Source of the DNA: Centroscyllium fabricii
Taxonomy: Eukaryota
Length of the DNA stretch: 64,000 nucleotides
Assembly (NCBI GenBank): GCA_051313645.2
Contig: JBNRSN020000003.1
Coordinates: 79,298,001-79,362,000, forward strand
Direction: 5' to 3'
Shown: one piece after another, positions 12,871-26,203 of the stretch
Position numbering within the stretch: position 1 is the stretch's first letter
Layout of the letters: the number at the start of each line of letters is the position of its first letter
The notes under the pieces: model-generated
Told to the model about the DNA's origin: nothing
What the model saw: only the letters and a program-made list of their open reading frames with translations
The model's database searches: none
Translations under genes and position numbers: made by a program

Positions 12871-15524
12871 TATACGTAACACAATCTACGTAAGTGTGTT
12901 ACATGCAACAAACTCGGTGGAAGGACAGCAGAGCAGAGGATGGCAAATCTTCCCTCTGATCGCCTCAGCACAGAGCCACCCTTTCCGAACGTGGGTCTGG
13001 ATGTGTTCGGCCCCTGGAACATATCTACTCGCCGTACCTGTGGAGGTGCAGCAAACAGTAAAAGGTGGACAGTTCTTTTCACATGCCTAAGTGTACGAGC
13101 CGTGCACATTGAGCTCATTGAGTCAATGGACACTTCGAGCTTTATCAATGCTCTACGGCGCTTCTTTGCTGTCCATGGTCCTGTAAAGCTGATCCGCTCC
13201 GACTGTGGCACAAACTTCAAGAGAGCCTGCAAAGAACTGCGAATCCTTCTAGAAGATGTACATGAGCCCAGTGTGTTAAGGTACATCAGTGAGGAAGGAT
13301 GCACATGGATCTTTAATAACCCACCTCACTCATTCCATACGGGTGGAGTGTGGGAAAGGATGATCGCGGTCTCAAGACGAATCTTAGACTCCATGCTTTC
13401 ACAAGTTGGTCCTTCACGTCTCACCCACGAGGTGCTTTCAACCCTCATGGCAGAGGTAACGACAATAATCAATGCAAGACCTCTCACCCCCATCTCTACT
13501 GATGCTGACTCACCTTTCTTCCTGACTCCAGCGACGATCCTGACACAGAAAGTCTGTACCCCTCTTCCTCCTCCAGGGTCCTTTGAGAATGCAGATCTGC
13601 ACCATCAACAGTGGAAGAGGGTCCAGCATCTTGCCAACACCTTTTGGCAGAGGTGGAGATGAGAGTATCTCTCTACTCTCCAAAGCCGAAGCAAATGGCA
13701 GGATAGTCGGCCCAATGTCAAAGAATTAGACTTAGTGCTGCTCAGAGATGTGGAGGTTTTCACTCCTGCTCAGGTGAAAAGGAACCTGTGGCCCATGGCT
13801 CTGGAGCCCACCCTGACCGTGATGGCAAGGTCAGAAAGCTCGAGCTTAAGGTCACCAAAGGTGGGACCGTAAAGACTTTCCTCAGGCCCATTACAGAAGT
13901 GGTGGTGCTTATGTCTCCCATAACCTCTAACATGGCCAGTTCTTTTCGTTAGTTTGTTTACATCCGTCCTTCGGACTTTGTTAAGAAATTGGTAGTGGTA
14001 TCGAGTTCAATACCAGACGGGGAGTGTCATGTTACATGTAATTAAAAAACATCTTAGCACCACTTAGTGGTTAATTTAAGGAACTGCAGTAAGTTTATTG
14101 TATTTTTCTATTGGTCAATTACTGTCACATGACTAAGGTTATAGTTTAGGACCGCCATTTTGTATACAGAACACTCAAGTAAGCCACCGAGTTCTGTTTT
14201 GTTTAATCTTCTTCCATCCGCTTCACATTGATCCTTGGAGAAGCTTTGTTTTTTCACACATGGGAAAGCACTTTGATAAAATACATGTTGGTCAAGACAT
14301 ACAAGTAAAAGGACCTAAACTTTACTTTCGCGTCCTGGTCATCATTCAAGCGTCTCAGTGCTCAGTACAGGTTTTTAGCTATCTGTCAATTCGTGTAGAG
14401 CCATGAACGCAGAGGACAGAATAGGTATACAATGACAGGGTACAGTGAATGGGTATATAATGAGTGGTACAGTGAATGGGTATACAATTAGAGGGTGCAG
14501 AGAATGTGTATACAATGAAAGGGCACAGTGAATGGGTATACAATGAGAGGGTACAGTGGGTATATAATGAGTTGTACAGTGAATGGGTATACAATTAGAG
14601 GGTGCAGAGAATGTGTATACAACAGAAGGGCACATTGAATGAGTATACAATGAGAGGGTACAGTGAATGGGTATACAACGAGAGGGCACAGTGAATGGGT
14701 ATACAATGAGGGCACAGTGAATGGGAATACAATGAGAAGTACAGAGAATGGGTATACAACAAAAGGGTACATTGAATGGGTATACATTGAATGGGTATAC
14801 AATGAGGGGTACAGTAAATGGGTATACAATAAGAGGGTACTGTGAATGGGTATACAATAAGAGGGTACAGTGAATGAGTATGCAATGAGAGGGTACAGTG
14901 AGTGGGTATACAATGACAGGGTACAATGAGTGGTATACTATGAGTGGTACAGTGAATGGGTATACAATGAGAGTGTACAGTGAATTGCTATACAGTGAGA
15001 GGGTACAGTGACTGGGTATACAATGAGAAGGTACAGTGAATGGGTATGCAATGAGAGGGTCCAGTGAATGGTTATACAATGAGGGGCACAGTGAATGGTT
15101 ATTCAATTAGAGTGTACAGAAAATGTGTATACAATGAGAGAGTACAGTGAATGGGTATACAATGAGAGGATACAGTAAACTGTTATACAATGAGGGGCAC
15201 AGTGAATGGTTATACAATTAGAGGCTACAGAGAATGTGTATAAAATGAGAGGTTACCGTGAATGGGTATTCAATGTGAGGGTACAATGAATGTGTATACA
15301 CTGAGAGGGTACAGAGAATGGGTATGCAATGAGAGGATACAGTGAACTGTTACACAATGAGGGGCACGGTGAATGGGCATTCAATGAGAGGGTACTTTGA
15401 ATGGGTATGCAATGAGAGGGTACCATGAACGGGTATACAATGTAAGTGTACTGTGAAAGTGCATACAATGAGTGGTACAGTGAACGATTATACAATCAGA
15501 GTGTACAGTGAATAGGTGTACAAT

Positions 15525-15672
15525 TGTAAGAAGTCACACAACACCAGGTTATAGTCCAACAGTTTAATTTGAAATCATTGAAATTGATTTCAAATAAAAC
15601 TGTTGGACTATAACCTGGTGTTGTGTGACTACTTACATTTGTCCACCCCAGTCCAACACCGGCACCTCCACA
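15525..15672. mobile_element. Penelope-derived palindromic terminus
   Basis: ~53-bp inverted arms 15525-15577 and 15585-15637; homologous to the Penelope end at 28779-28862. Confidence 0.75.
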
Positions 15673-16565
15673 TGATAGGTATACAATGCGATGGTACAGT
15701 GATGGGGTGTAGATTGAGGGGTACTGTGATTGGGAATACAATGAGTAGGTACTGTGAATGGATATACAATGAGAGGGTACAGGGAATGGGTATGCAATGA
15801 GGGGTACAGTGCATGTGTATACAATGATGGGGTACAGTGGGTATACAATGAGAGGCTACAGAGAATGTGTATACAATGAGAGGGTACAGTTAATGGGTAT
15901 ACAATGAGGGGCACAGTGAATTGGTATACAATGAAAGGGTATACAATGAAAGGGTACAGTGAATGTGCATTCAATGACAGAGCGCAAAGAATGGTATAAA
16001 ATGAGGGGTGCCGTGAATGGGTATACAACGAGAAGGTACAGTCAATGTGTATACAATGACAGGGTGCAATCTGTGGTAGACAATGAGTGGTACAATGAAC
16101 GGGTATAAAATGAGAGTGTACAGTAAATGGGTATACAATGAGAGAGTACAATTAATGGGTATACAATGAAGGGTGCAGTGAATGGGTATACAATGAGAGG
16201 GTACAGTGACTGGTTATACAATCAGAGGGTATAGAGAACGGGTATACAAACAGAGGGTACAATGAATCGGTATACAATGAGTGGTACAGTGAATGGGTAT
16301 ACAGTGAGTGGGTACGGTGAATGGGTAAGCAATGAGAGGGTACAGTGGGTATACAATGAGGGGTACAGTGAGTAGGTACACAATAAGAGGGTACAGTGAA
16401 TATGTATGCAATCAGGGGTACAGAGAATGGGTATACAAAGATGGGTATAGTGTATATATACAATGAGGGCTACAGCGAATGGGTATTCAATGAGAGGGTA
16501 CAGAGAATGGCTATGCAAAGAGGGTTATAGTAAATGGGTGTACAATGAGAGTGTACAGTGAATGG

Positions 16566-17196
16566 TGTGAGCTATGGGGACAGTCTGTGGTGGATGGGCG
16601 ATATGTGGGCACTAGATGGAGATAAAATCCCCATTTCTCTCTACCCAATTTAAGTAAATCCACCACACCTGAAGTTAATCTTCCCCTTTAGCTCAGCAGT
16701 TAAAAAGGGAGCTGGAGCAGTCCTAAGTGTCTCTTGATGGGAGGCTCTCTTTAGGGGAGAGTCTATGATGGGGAGGCGAGCCGAGCCGAGCCCAGCCCAG
16801 CCCCGCCCCACCCCGCCCCGCCCCGAGGGGCTGTTGCCTCTGATTGGGGGTCTCTTACAGGAGAGTTGGAAGCTTGTTGAGCCTGTTGACAGAGCCAGAG
16901 CCCAGGACCTCAGCCAGCAGCTGTTCGACAACAAAAACCACCAAGGGAAGGCCTGAGGGCCGGAGTAGAGGGTAAAGTAAACCTCGAGCTTATGACTTTG
17001 GGCGGACGTGTGTAAAGGACTTATTGATTCGAACCTTGTGAGAAGACGAAGGACTCTGTAAGACGGGGGAATTGGGCCCCGATGTTTGAATAAACCACAA
17101 CCAAGGGCTGATTTCAGTAGACAAATGTGTGTTGTGCTTATGTCCTCTGACCCCGTGACGTCATTCCCCCTCTGACTTGGGAACGGGGTTGTCACA
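16566..17196 (+). mobile_element. Solo LTR (631 bp)
   Basis: TGTGAG...GTCACA termini, 4-bp TSD ATGG, AATAAA near 17089. Confidence 0.85.
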
Positions 17197-17483
17197 ATGG
17201 GTATACAATGAGAGGGTATAGAGAATGGGTATACAATGACAGCGTACAGTGAGAGGTACAGAGAATGGGTATACAATGAGCGGTTATGGAGAATGGGGAT
17301 ATAATGAAGGCTACAGCGAACAGCAAATGGGTGTACAATGAGAGGGGACAGTGAATGTGCAGAGAATGGTTATACAAAGAGGGGTATCATGACAGGGTAT
17401 ACAATGAGTGGTACAGAGAATTAGTATACAATGAGATGCATACATTGAATGGGTATACAAAGATTGGTACAGTGAATGGTATA

Positions 17484-18172
17484 CACTATCAACAACCTGG
17501 GGGTTACCATTGATCAGAAACTGAACTGGACCAGCCATATAAATACTGTGGCTACAAGAGCAGGCCAGAGGCTGGGAATTCTGCGGTGAGTGTCTCACCT
17601 CCTGACTCCCCAAAGCCTTTCCACCATCTACAAGGCACAAGTCAGGAGTGTGATGGAATACTCTCCACTTGCCTGGATGAGTGCAGCTCCAACAACACTC
17701 AAGAAGCTCGACACCATTCAGGATAAAGCAGGCCGCTTGATTGGCACTCCATCCACCACCTTCAACATTCACTCCCTCCACCACCGGCGCACTGTGGCTG
17801 CAGTGTGTACCATCTACAAGATGCACTGCAGCAACTCACCAAAGCTCCTTCAACAGCACCTTCCAAACCCACGACCTCTGCCACTTAGAAGGACAAGGGC
17901 AGCAGACGCATGGGAACAGCACCACCTACAAGTTCCCCTCCAAGCCACACACCATCCTGACATGGACCTGTATCGCCGCTCCTTCACTGTCGCTGGGCCA
18001 AAATCCTGGAACTCCCTTCCTAACAACATTGTGGGTGTACCTACACCATATGGACTGCAGCGGTTCAAGAAGGTGGCTCACCACCATCTTCTCAAGGGCA
18101 ATTAGGGATGGGCATTAAATGCAGGCCTAGCCAGCCTGCGACGCCCACATCACATCAATGGATAAAAATAAA
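17484..18172 (+). mobile_element. CR1-group (Zenon-like) LINE 3' end
   Basis: LSTIYKAQVRSVMEYSPLAW...DTIQDKA.RLIG...WNSLP, followed by an A-rich tail. Confidence 0.8.
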
Positions 18173-18608
18173 TACAATCGGGTACAGAGAATGGGTATAC
18201 GATGAGAGGTTTGGATATACAATGAGGTGTACAGTGAATGAGTATACAATGAGAAGGTACAGTGAATGGTTATACAATGAAGGGTACACTGAATGGGTAT
18301 ACAAAGAGGGGTATAGTGAATGGGTATACAATGATGTGGTACAGAGAATGGGTATACAATGAGAAGGTACAGAGAATGGGTATACAATGAGAGGTTACAG
18401 AGAATGGGTATACAATAAGAGCGGTACAGTAAATGGGTGTACAATGAGAGGTGACAGTGAATGGGTATACAATTAGAGGGTACAGAGAATGTGTATATAC
18501 TGAGAGTGTACAGAGAATGGACATACAATGAGAGGGTACAGTGAATGGTTATACAATGAGAGGGTACAGAGAATGGATATGCAACGAGCGGGTTCAATGA
18601 TTTGATAT

Positions 18609-19521
18609 ATTTTTTTTATCCATTGATGGGATGTGGGTGTCGCTGACTGGCTAGGCCTTTATTTAGTGCCCATCCCTAATTGCCCTCGAAAAGATGGTGG
18701 TGAGCCGCCTTCTTAAACCGTTGCAGTCCATATGGTGTAGGTACACAACCAATGTTGTTAGAATTTTGGCCCAGTGCCAGTGAAGGAGCGGCGATACAGG
18801 TCTAAGTCAGGATGGTGTGTGGCTTGGAGGGGAACTTGTAGGTGGTGCTGTTCCCATGCGTCTGCTGCCCTTGTCCTTCTAAGTGGTAGAGGTCGCGGGT
18901 TTGGAAGGTGCTATCAAAGGAGCTTTGGCGAGTTGCTGCAGTGCATCTTGTAGATGGTACACACTGCAGCCACGGTGCACCGGTGGTGGAGGGAGTGAAT
19001 GTTGAAGGTGGTGGATGGAATGCCAATCAAGCGGCCTGCTTTATCCTGAATGGTGTCGAGCTTCTTGAGTGTTGCTGGAGCTGCACTTATCCAGGCAAGT
19101 GAAGAGTATTCCATCACACTCCTGACTTGTGCCTTGTAGATGGTGGAAAGGCTTTGGGGAGTCAGAAGGTGAGACACTCGCCGCAGAATTCCCAGCCTCT
19201 GGCCTACTCTTGTAGCCACAGTATTTATGTGGCTGGTCCAGTTCAGTTTCTGATCAATGGTAACCCCCAGGATGTTGATAGTGGGGGATTCAGCGATGAT
19301 AATGCCATTGAATGTCAAGGGGAGATGGTTAGAGTCTCGCTTGTTGGAGATGGTCATTGCCTGGCACTTGTGTGGTGCGAATGTTACTTGCCACTTGTCA
19401 GCCCAAGTCTGAATGTTGTCCAGGTCTTGCTGCATATGGACACGGATGCATCAGTATCTGACGAGTCTCGAATGGTGCTGAAAAGTGTGCAATCTTCAGC
19501 GAACATCCCCACTTCTGACCT
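18609..19521 (-). mobile_element. CR1-group (Zenon-like) LINE 3' end, inverted relative to 17484-18172
   Basis: ORF 18914-19435(-) QQDLDNIQTWADKWQVTF...ILGVTID; same family as the preceding copy. Confidence 0.8.
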
Positions 19522-19876
19522 GTTATACAATGAGTGGTACAGTAAATTTGTATACAGTGAGAGGGTACTGTGAACTGATATACAATGTAAGTGCACAGTG
19601 AATGTGCATACAATGAGTGGTATAGTGAACGGATATACAATGAGAGTATGCAGTGAATGCATATGCAATGAGAAGGTGCAGTGAATGCGTATGCAGTGAA
19701 TGTGTATGCAATGAGAAGGTACAGTGAATGTGTATACAATGAGAGGGTACAGGGAATGGGTGTACAATGAGAAGGTGCAGAGAATGGGTACACAATGAGA
19801 GGCTACAGTGAACAGGTATACAATGAGTCATACAGTGAACAGGTATAAAATGAGGGATTACAGTGAATGGGTATAC

Positions 19877-21236
19877 TTCTTCTTCTTTCGTTTGCTTCAG
19901 TATCCCGTTGTCAGATCACCAGCTCGGTTGAGGAAAGCCATGCTAGCGTTTCGTCGTCTAGAGCAGCTATGCCGGCTTCGCCGTTGGGTGGTCGATGTTT
20001 TAGACATGACTCGATAATGTGATCGACTGTCTGTTCAGGGTGACCACAGTCGCAGACAGCCGAGTCCCTGAGTCCCCATCCTTTCATGGTCGCGGCGAAA
20101 CGGCCGACACCAGTCCTGAGGCGGTTGAGCATTGTCCACTGCCGGCGAGGGAGGTCCATGCCCAGTAGTTCATCCGGCTCCTCCACAAATCTGTGCAGCC
20201 TTGATTGATCTGCTGCCTGCCATTCCTTCGTCCAGCGGCGTTTGAGCCAGGTTCGTTTTGTGACATCACCGGATGTTGAATGCAGGAGCTGGTGGGCGTG
20301 CTCCGCGAATGGGCGTCGTGACTTCAGGCGAGCTCGTGGAGGGATCTCTGTGACGAACTTGTGGAGAAGGTGGTCCTCATCGTTGGTGGCTTTTCGGGAC
20401 AGTGCAAGGACAGCTGCTTCACGGCGCAGGGTTGGTGGTGCGATGCCGGCGAGTATCGGTAGTTGGTTGACCGGCGTGGCGCGCAGGCAGCCAGAGACTG
20501 TGCGTAAGGCGGTGTTGAGCGTTGTGTCCAGCTTCTTGGTGTGGGAGCTCCTGCACCAGACTGGGGAGCAGTACTCGGCGGCGGAGAAGACCAATGCCTG
20601 GGTGGAGATGCGTAGTGTCTTGGTCGAGGCACCCCAGGTGGTACCAGCTAGGCGGCGTATTAGGGCGACGCGGGCCGATGTCTTGGCGGACAAGTTTTCC
20701 AGGTGTTGGCGAAACGTCAGCGTGCGGTCAAGCTTGACCCCGAGGTACGTCGGGGCAGCCTGGAACTGGAGTCTGTTGTTGTCAACCATGATGTTGAGCT
20801 CGTGGCTTGCCTCTCGGTTGTTTAGATGGTATGCGGAAGACATGGTCTTGGCCACGGAGAGCTTAAGGCACCAGTTTGTCAGGTAGCTTGACAGGATGTT
20901 CATATCAGCCGTAAGCCCCAGTTCGATCGTCTCCCAGCTCTTGTTGGACAGAAGAATGGCGAGGTCGTCAGCATATCCATATTTCTTGGACAGCGTGTCT
21001 GGGAGGTCGTGGATGTAGATGTTAAACAACATCGGGGCGAGTACGGAGCCTTGTGGGACGCCATTTTTGAGTCGTCGGAGCCTGCTATGTTGGCCGTTGC
21101 TGGTGTGAAGGGTGAAGCTGCGGTTGGTTAGCATCTCCATGATGAAGCCCACCATGTGTCGGTCCGGGATCGTCTGTAGGAGCTTGAGGTGGAGTCCACG
21201 GAGCCAGACGGTATCGTACGCTGCTGTGAGATCAAG
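19877..21236 (-). mobile_element. Vingi/Ingi-type LINE (I group), 5'-truncated, uninterrupted ORF
   Basis: Open frame from LDLTAAYDTVW through GVPQGSVLAP and YADD to LNRLRTGVGR...WG...CDCG...QTVDHI..C (stop at 19911). No RNase H, very short 3' UTR, (GAA)n tail. Confidence 0.8.
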
Positions 21237-21787
21237 GAGAGAGTACAGTTAATGGGTAGACAATAAAGGGTACAGTGAATGAGCATACAACTGAGTGGGT
21301 ACAGTGAATGTGTATACAAGGAGAGGGTACAGTGAATTGGTATGCAATGAGAGGGTACAGTGAATGGGTATACAATGAGAGGGTACAGTGAATGGGTATA
21401 CAATGAGAGGGTAGCGTGACTGGATATGCAATGTATGTGTACAGTGAATGTGCATAAAATGACTGGTACAGTGAACGGGTAAACAATGAAAGTGTACAGT
21501 TAATGGGTATACAATGAGAGGGTACAGTGACTGGGTATACAATGAGAGGGTACCATGAATGGGTAGTGAATATGCATACAATGAGGGGCACAGTGAATGG
21601 GTATACAATGGGGGTGACAGTGAATGTGTATACAGTGAGGGGGTACAGTGAATGGGTATACAATGAGTATGTACAGTGAATTGGTATACAATGATAGGGT
21701 ACAGAAAATGGGTATACAATGAGAGGGTACCATGAATGGGTAGTGAATAGGCATACAATGAGGGGCACAGTGAATGGGTATTAAATG

Positions 21788-22756
21788 TGTAACGTTTGGG
21801 TGTGGGGCCCAAATGCGAGACACTGAGATAACAGTCTAGAGCCCAAAACTCCTTTATTTCTTATAAAATGAGAAACATAACTAAATACATCCATACATAC
21901 AAATAATATACATATAAAACAAGTCTTCCTCTGAAAACTGGAACAAGCTTAATACTGAACTGAACCCTCAGGACACTCGGCAAAGAGCATCCTCATAACA
22001 GAAAGGGCCTCATTGTAGTAAGAATGAAATGTCCAAAACTGAGTTCAGGTGATTTAGAGCAATGTACAACTGAACCCCCAGGACACTCAACAAAGAGCAT
22101 CCTCATAACAGAAAGGGCCTCATTGTTAGTAAGAATGAAATGTCCCATCCTGAGTTCAGGTGATAGAGAGCAATGTCCAGAATGTAGAAATGGAATTCTC
22201 CAGAGTCCTGCCCATCGCAGGGACTCACTCCAACCTGGGTCTTCAGAAAGAGAATCCATTATCCACAAGCAGGGGAACGCCCCACATACACTTGCCTCCA
22301 TGGAGCTACTGAGTTCAGGTGATAGAGAGCAAAGTCCAGAATGTAGAAATGGAATGTCCAAACCTGAGTTCAGGTGATGGAGAGCAATGTCCAGAGTGTA
22401 GAATTAGGAATTCTCCAGAATCCGCTCCACAGCGGGGACTCACTCTCACTGAGTTTTCTGAAGGAGAGTCCATCATCCATAAGCACACTGCCTCCCACGG
22501 AGCTAGAACAGCACCTCTGTGAGTCCTAATTGTTGCTAAGTTGTTGCTAATGATCCGGCCATATCCTCTTGCTAACCCAATGCTTAAATACTTATAAAGC
22601 TAATTGGGTATTAAGCTCAGTCCCCTTAATGCATAAAACAATCAACGAGGTACAAAACAAGTGTATTGCACTCGTAAACGAGATATTTTCAATGCTTAAA
22701 AGGAAAGGCACAGAACTTAAAGGGGAATTCCTTAAAGAGGAATCCACCCTATGACA
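21788..22756 (-). mobile_element. Solo LTR (969 bp) with internal tandem repeats
   Basis: TGTAAC...ATGACA termini, 5-bp TSD AAATG, AATAAA on minus near 21853; empty paralogous site at about 23681. Confidence 0.88.
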
Positions 22757-24534
22757 AAATGAGAGGGTACAGTGAATGGGTATACAATGAGAGGGTACAG
22801 TGAATGGGTATACAATGAGGGGTACAGTGAATGTGTATACAATGAGAAGGTACAGTGAATGGGTGTACAATGAGAGGGTACAGAGAACGGGTATACAATG
22901 AAAGGGTACAATGAATCAGTATACAATGAGGGGTACAGTGAATGGGTATACAATGAGTATACAGAGAATGGGTATACAATGAGTGGGTACGGTGAATGGG
23001 TATACTATATGAGCATACAGAGAATGGGTATGCAAAGCGGGGTACAATGAATGGGTATACAATTAAGTGTACAGAGAATGGGTATACAATGAGAGGTTAC
23101 AGAGAATCGGTATACAATGAAAGGGTACAGTAGAATGTCTATAAATTGAGAGGGTACAATGAATGTGTATACACTGAGAGGGTACATAAATTGGGTATAC
23201 AATAAGAGGGTACAGTGAATGTGTATACAATGAGAGGGTACGGAAAATGGGGGTATGGAAAATGGGTGTACAATGAGACGGTACAGTGAATAGTTATACA
23301 CTGAGAGGGTACAGCGAATGGGTATGCAATTAGAGGGTACAGTGAATGGTTATACACTGAGAGGGTACAGCGAATGGGTATGCAATTAGAGGGTACAGTG
23401 AACGGTTATACAATGAGGGGTATAGTGCACGGGTATACAATGAGAGGGTACCATGAATGGGTAGTGAATATACATACAATGAGGGGCACAGTGAATGGGT
23501 ATACAATGGGGGTGACAGTGAATGTGTATACAGTGAGGGGGTACAGTGAATGGGTATACAATGAGTATGTACAGTGAATTGGTATACAATGATAGGGTAT
23601 AGAGAATGGGTATACAATGAGAGGGTACCATGAATGGGTAGTGAATAGGCATACAATGAGGGGCACAGTGAATGGGTATTAAATGAGAGGGTACAGTGAA
23701 TGGGTATACAATGAGAGGGTACAGAGAATGGATATATAATGAGGGGTACAGTGAATGTGTATACAATGAGAAGGTACAGTGAATGGGTGTACAATGAGAG
23801 GGTACAGAGAACGGGTATACAATGAAAGGGTACAATGAATCAGTATACAATGAGGGGTACAGTGAATGGGTATACAATGAGTATACAGAGAATGGGTATA
23901 CAATGAGTGGGTACGGTGAATGGGTTTACGATGAGAGGTGGCAGTGAATGTGTATGCAATGAGGGGTACAGAGAATGGTTATACAAAGAGGGGTACAGTG
24001 AATGTGTATACAATGAGGGGTACAGAGAATGGGTATACTATATGAGCATACAGAGAATGGGTATGCAAAGCGGGGTACAATGAATGGGTATACAATTAAG
24101 TGTACAGAGAATGGGTATACAATGAGAGGTTACAGAGAATCGGTATACAATGAAAGGGTACAGTGAATGTCTATAAATTGAGAGGGTACAATGAATGTGT
24201 ATACACTGAGAGGGTACATAAATTGGGTATACAATAAGAGGGTACAGTGAATGTGTATACAATGAGAGGGTACGGAAAATGGGGGTATGGAAAATGGGTG
24301 TACAATGAGACAGTACAGTGAATAGTTATATACTGAGAGGGTACAGCGAATGGGTATGCAATTAGAGGGTACAGTGAATGGTTATACACTGAGAGGGTAC
24401 AGCGAATGGGTATGCAATTAGAGGGTACAGTGAACGGTTATACAATGAGGGGTATAGTGCACGGGTATACAACGAGAGTGTACAGTGAATGGGTATACAA
24501 TGAGTGGGTACAGTGAATGGGGATACAATAAAAG

Positions 24535-24908
24535 GACGACACGGTGGCGCAGTGGTTCGCACTGCCGCCTCGCACTAAGGAGCTACTGGGTTCGAATCAT
24601 GCTTGGCCCAGGACCTCTCTGCATGGAGTTTGCATGTTCTCCCCGTGTTCATGTGGGTTTCCTCTGTGTGCTCCGGTTTCCTCCCACCACCCAAAGACAT
24701 GCAGGTTAAGTGAATTGGAGATACTAAAAATTGCCCATGAGGATGTGTGTGAGATATAGTTCTTAGAGTTGGGGGTGTCGGGGGATATGGGGAGAGGGTA
24801 GGAGGTGGGTGCTGGGTTTGGATGATCAGCCATGATGTCATCAAAATGGCGGAGCAGGCTCGAATGGCTGAATGGCCTACTCCTACTCCTATCTTCTGTG
24901 TTTTTGTG
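24535..24908 (+). mobile_element. V-SINE, second subfamily ((TTTCTGTG)-type tail)
   Basis: tRNA head GGTGGCGCAGTGG...GGTTCGAATC, V-domain, CR1-type tail. Confidence 0.88.
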
Positions 24909-25961
24909 ATACAGAGAATGTGTATACAATGAGGGGGTACAGTGAATGGGTAGACAATGAGAGTGCCCATAGAATGGGTATACAATGAGAGGGTACAGTG
25001 AATGGTTATACAATGAGCGGATACAGTGAATGGGTATACAAGTAGAGGGTACAGAGAATGTGTATACAATGAGCGGGTACAGTGAATGGATATACAATGT
25101 GGGGCACAGTGAATGGCCATACAATGAGAGTGTACAGTGAATGGTTAAACAATAAGAGGGTACAGTGAATGGGTATACAATGAGGGGTACAGTGAATGGT
25201 TATACAATGAGCGGATATAGTGAATGGGTATACAATTAGAGGGTACAGAGAATGTGTATGCAATGAGGGGCACAGTAAATGGCCATACAATGAGAGGGCA
25301 CAGTGAGTGGTTAAATAATAAGAGGGTACAGAGAATGGGTATTCAATGAGAGAGCACAGTTAATGGGTATACAATGAAGATTACAGTGAATGAATATACA
25401 GTGAGTGGGTACAGAGAATGGGCATACAAAGAGGGATATAGTGAGTGGGTATACAATGAGGGGTACAGAGAATGGGTATACAATGAGGGGTACAGAGAAT
25501 GGGTATACAATGAGAGGGTACAGAGAATGGGTATACAGAGGGTTACAGTGAATGGTATATATTGATAGGTTACAGAGAATGGGTATATAATGAGAGGGTA
25601 CAGTGAATGTGTATACAATGAGAGGGATTCGTGTAGATGCATACAAAGTGTGGTGCAGAGAGTGGTTATACAAAGAGGGTACAGTGAATGTGTATACAAT
25701 GAGGGGTACAGACAATGGGTATACAAAGAGGGGTATAGTGAATGGGTATACAATGAGAGGTACAGTCAATGGGTATACAATGAGGGGAAAGTGAATGTGT
25801 ATACAATGAGAGAGAATAGTGAATGTGTTTACAATAACATGGTGCAATAAGTGGTATACAATGAGTGGTATACAATGAGAGGGTACAGTGACTGAGTATA
25901 CAATTAGAGGGTACAGACAATGTGTGTACGACATTGTATGATGTACAATGTGTGTACGATG

Positions 25962-26203
25962 GACGACATGGTGGCGCAGTAGTTTCCTCCCACCACCCAA
26001 AGACATGCAGGCTAGGTGAATTGGAGATAATAAAAATTGTGTGTGAGATATAGTTCTTAGATTTGGGGGTGTCGGGGGATATGGGGAGAGGGTAGGAGGG
26101 GGGGTGCTGGGTTTGGATGATCAGCTATGATCTCATCAAAATAACGGAGCAGGCTCGAAGGGCCGAATGGCCTACTCCTACTCCTATCTTCTTTGTTTCT
26201 GTG
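25962..26203 (+). mobile_element. Internally deleted V-SINE of the same subfamily
   Basis: Head start joined directly to TTTCCTCCCACCACCCAAAGAC; same tail as 24535-24908. Confidence 0.8.

Larger units (their letters stand above)
6120..14423 (+). mobile_element. BEL/Pao LTR retrotransposon, full length but decayed (LTRs 6120-6497 and 14025-14423)
   Basis: Near-identical LTRs with one ~21-nt indel; PPT AGACGGGGAG. Gag has three Cys/His knuckles (CPIHKKPHPLKRC, CFRCC, CREC...HVTALH), then protease YAILNDQS, RT FYVDD, RNase H SDAS/TDS/NPAD and integrase GLDVFGP/SDCGTNF/GGVWERMI. Several stops and frameshifts. Confidence 0.95.
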
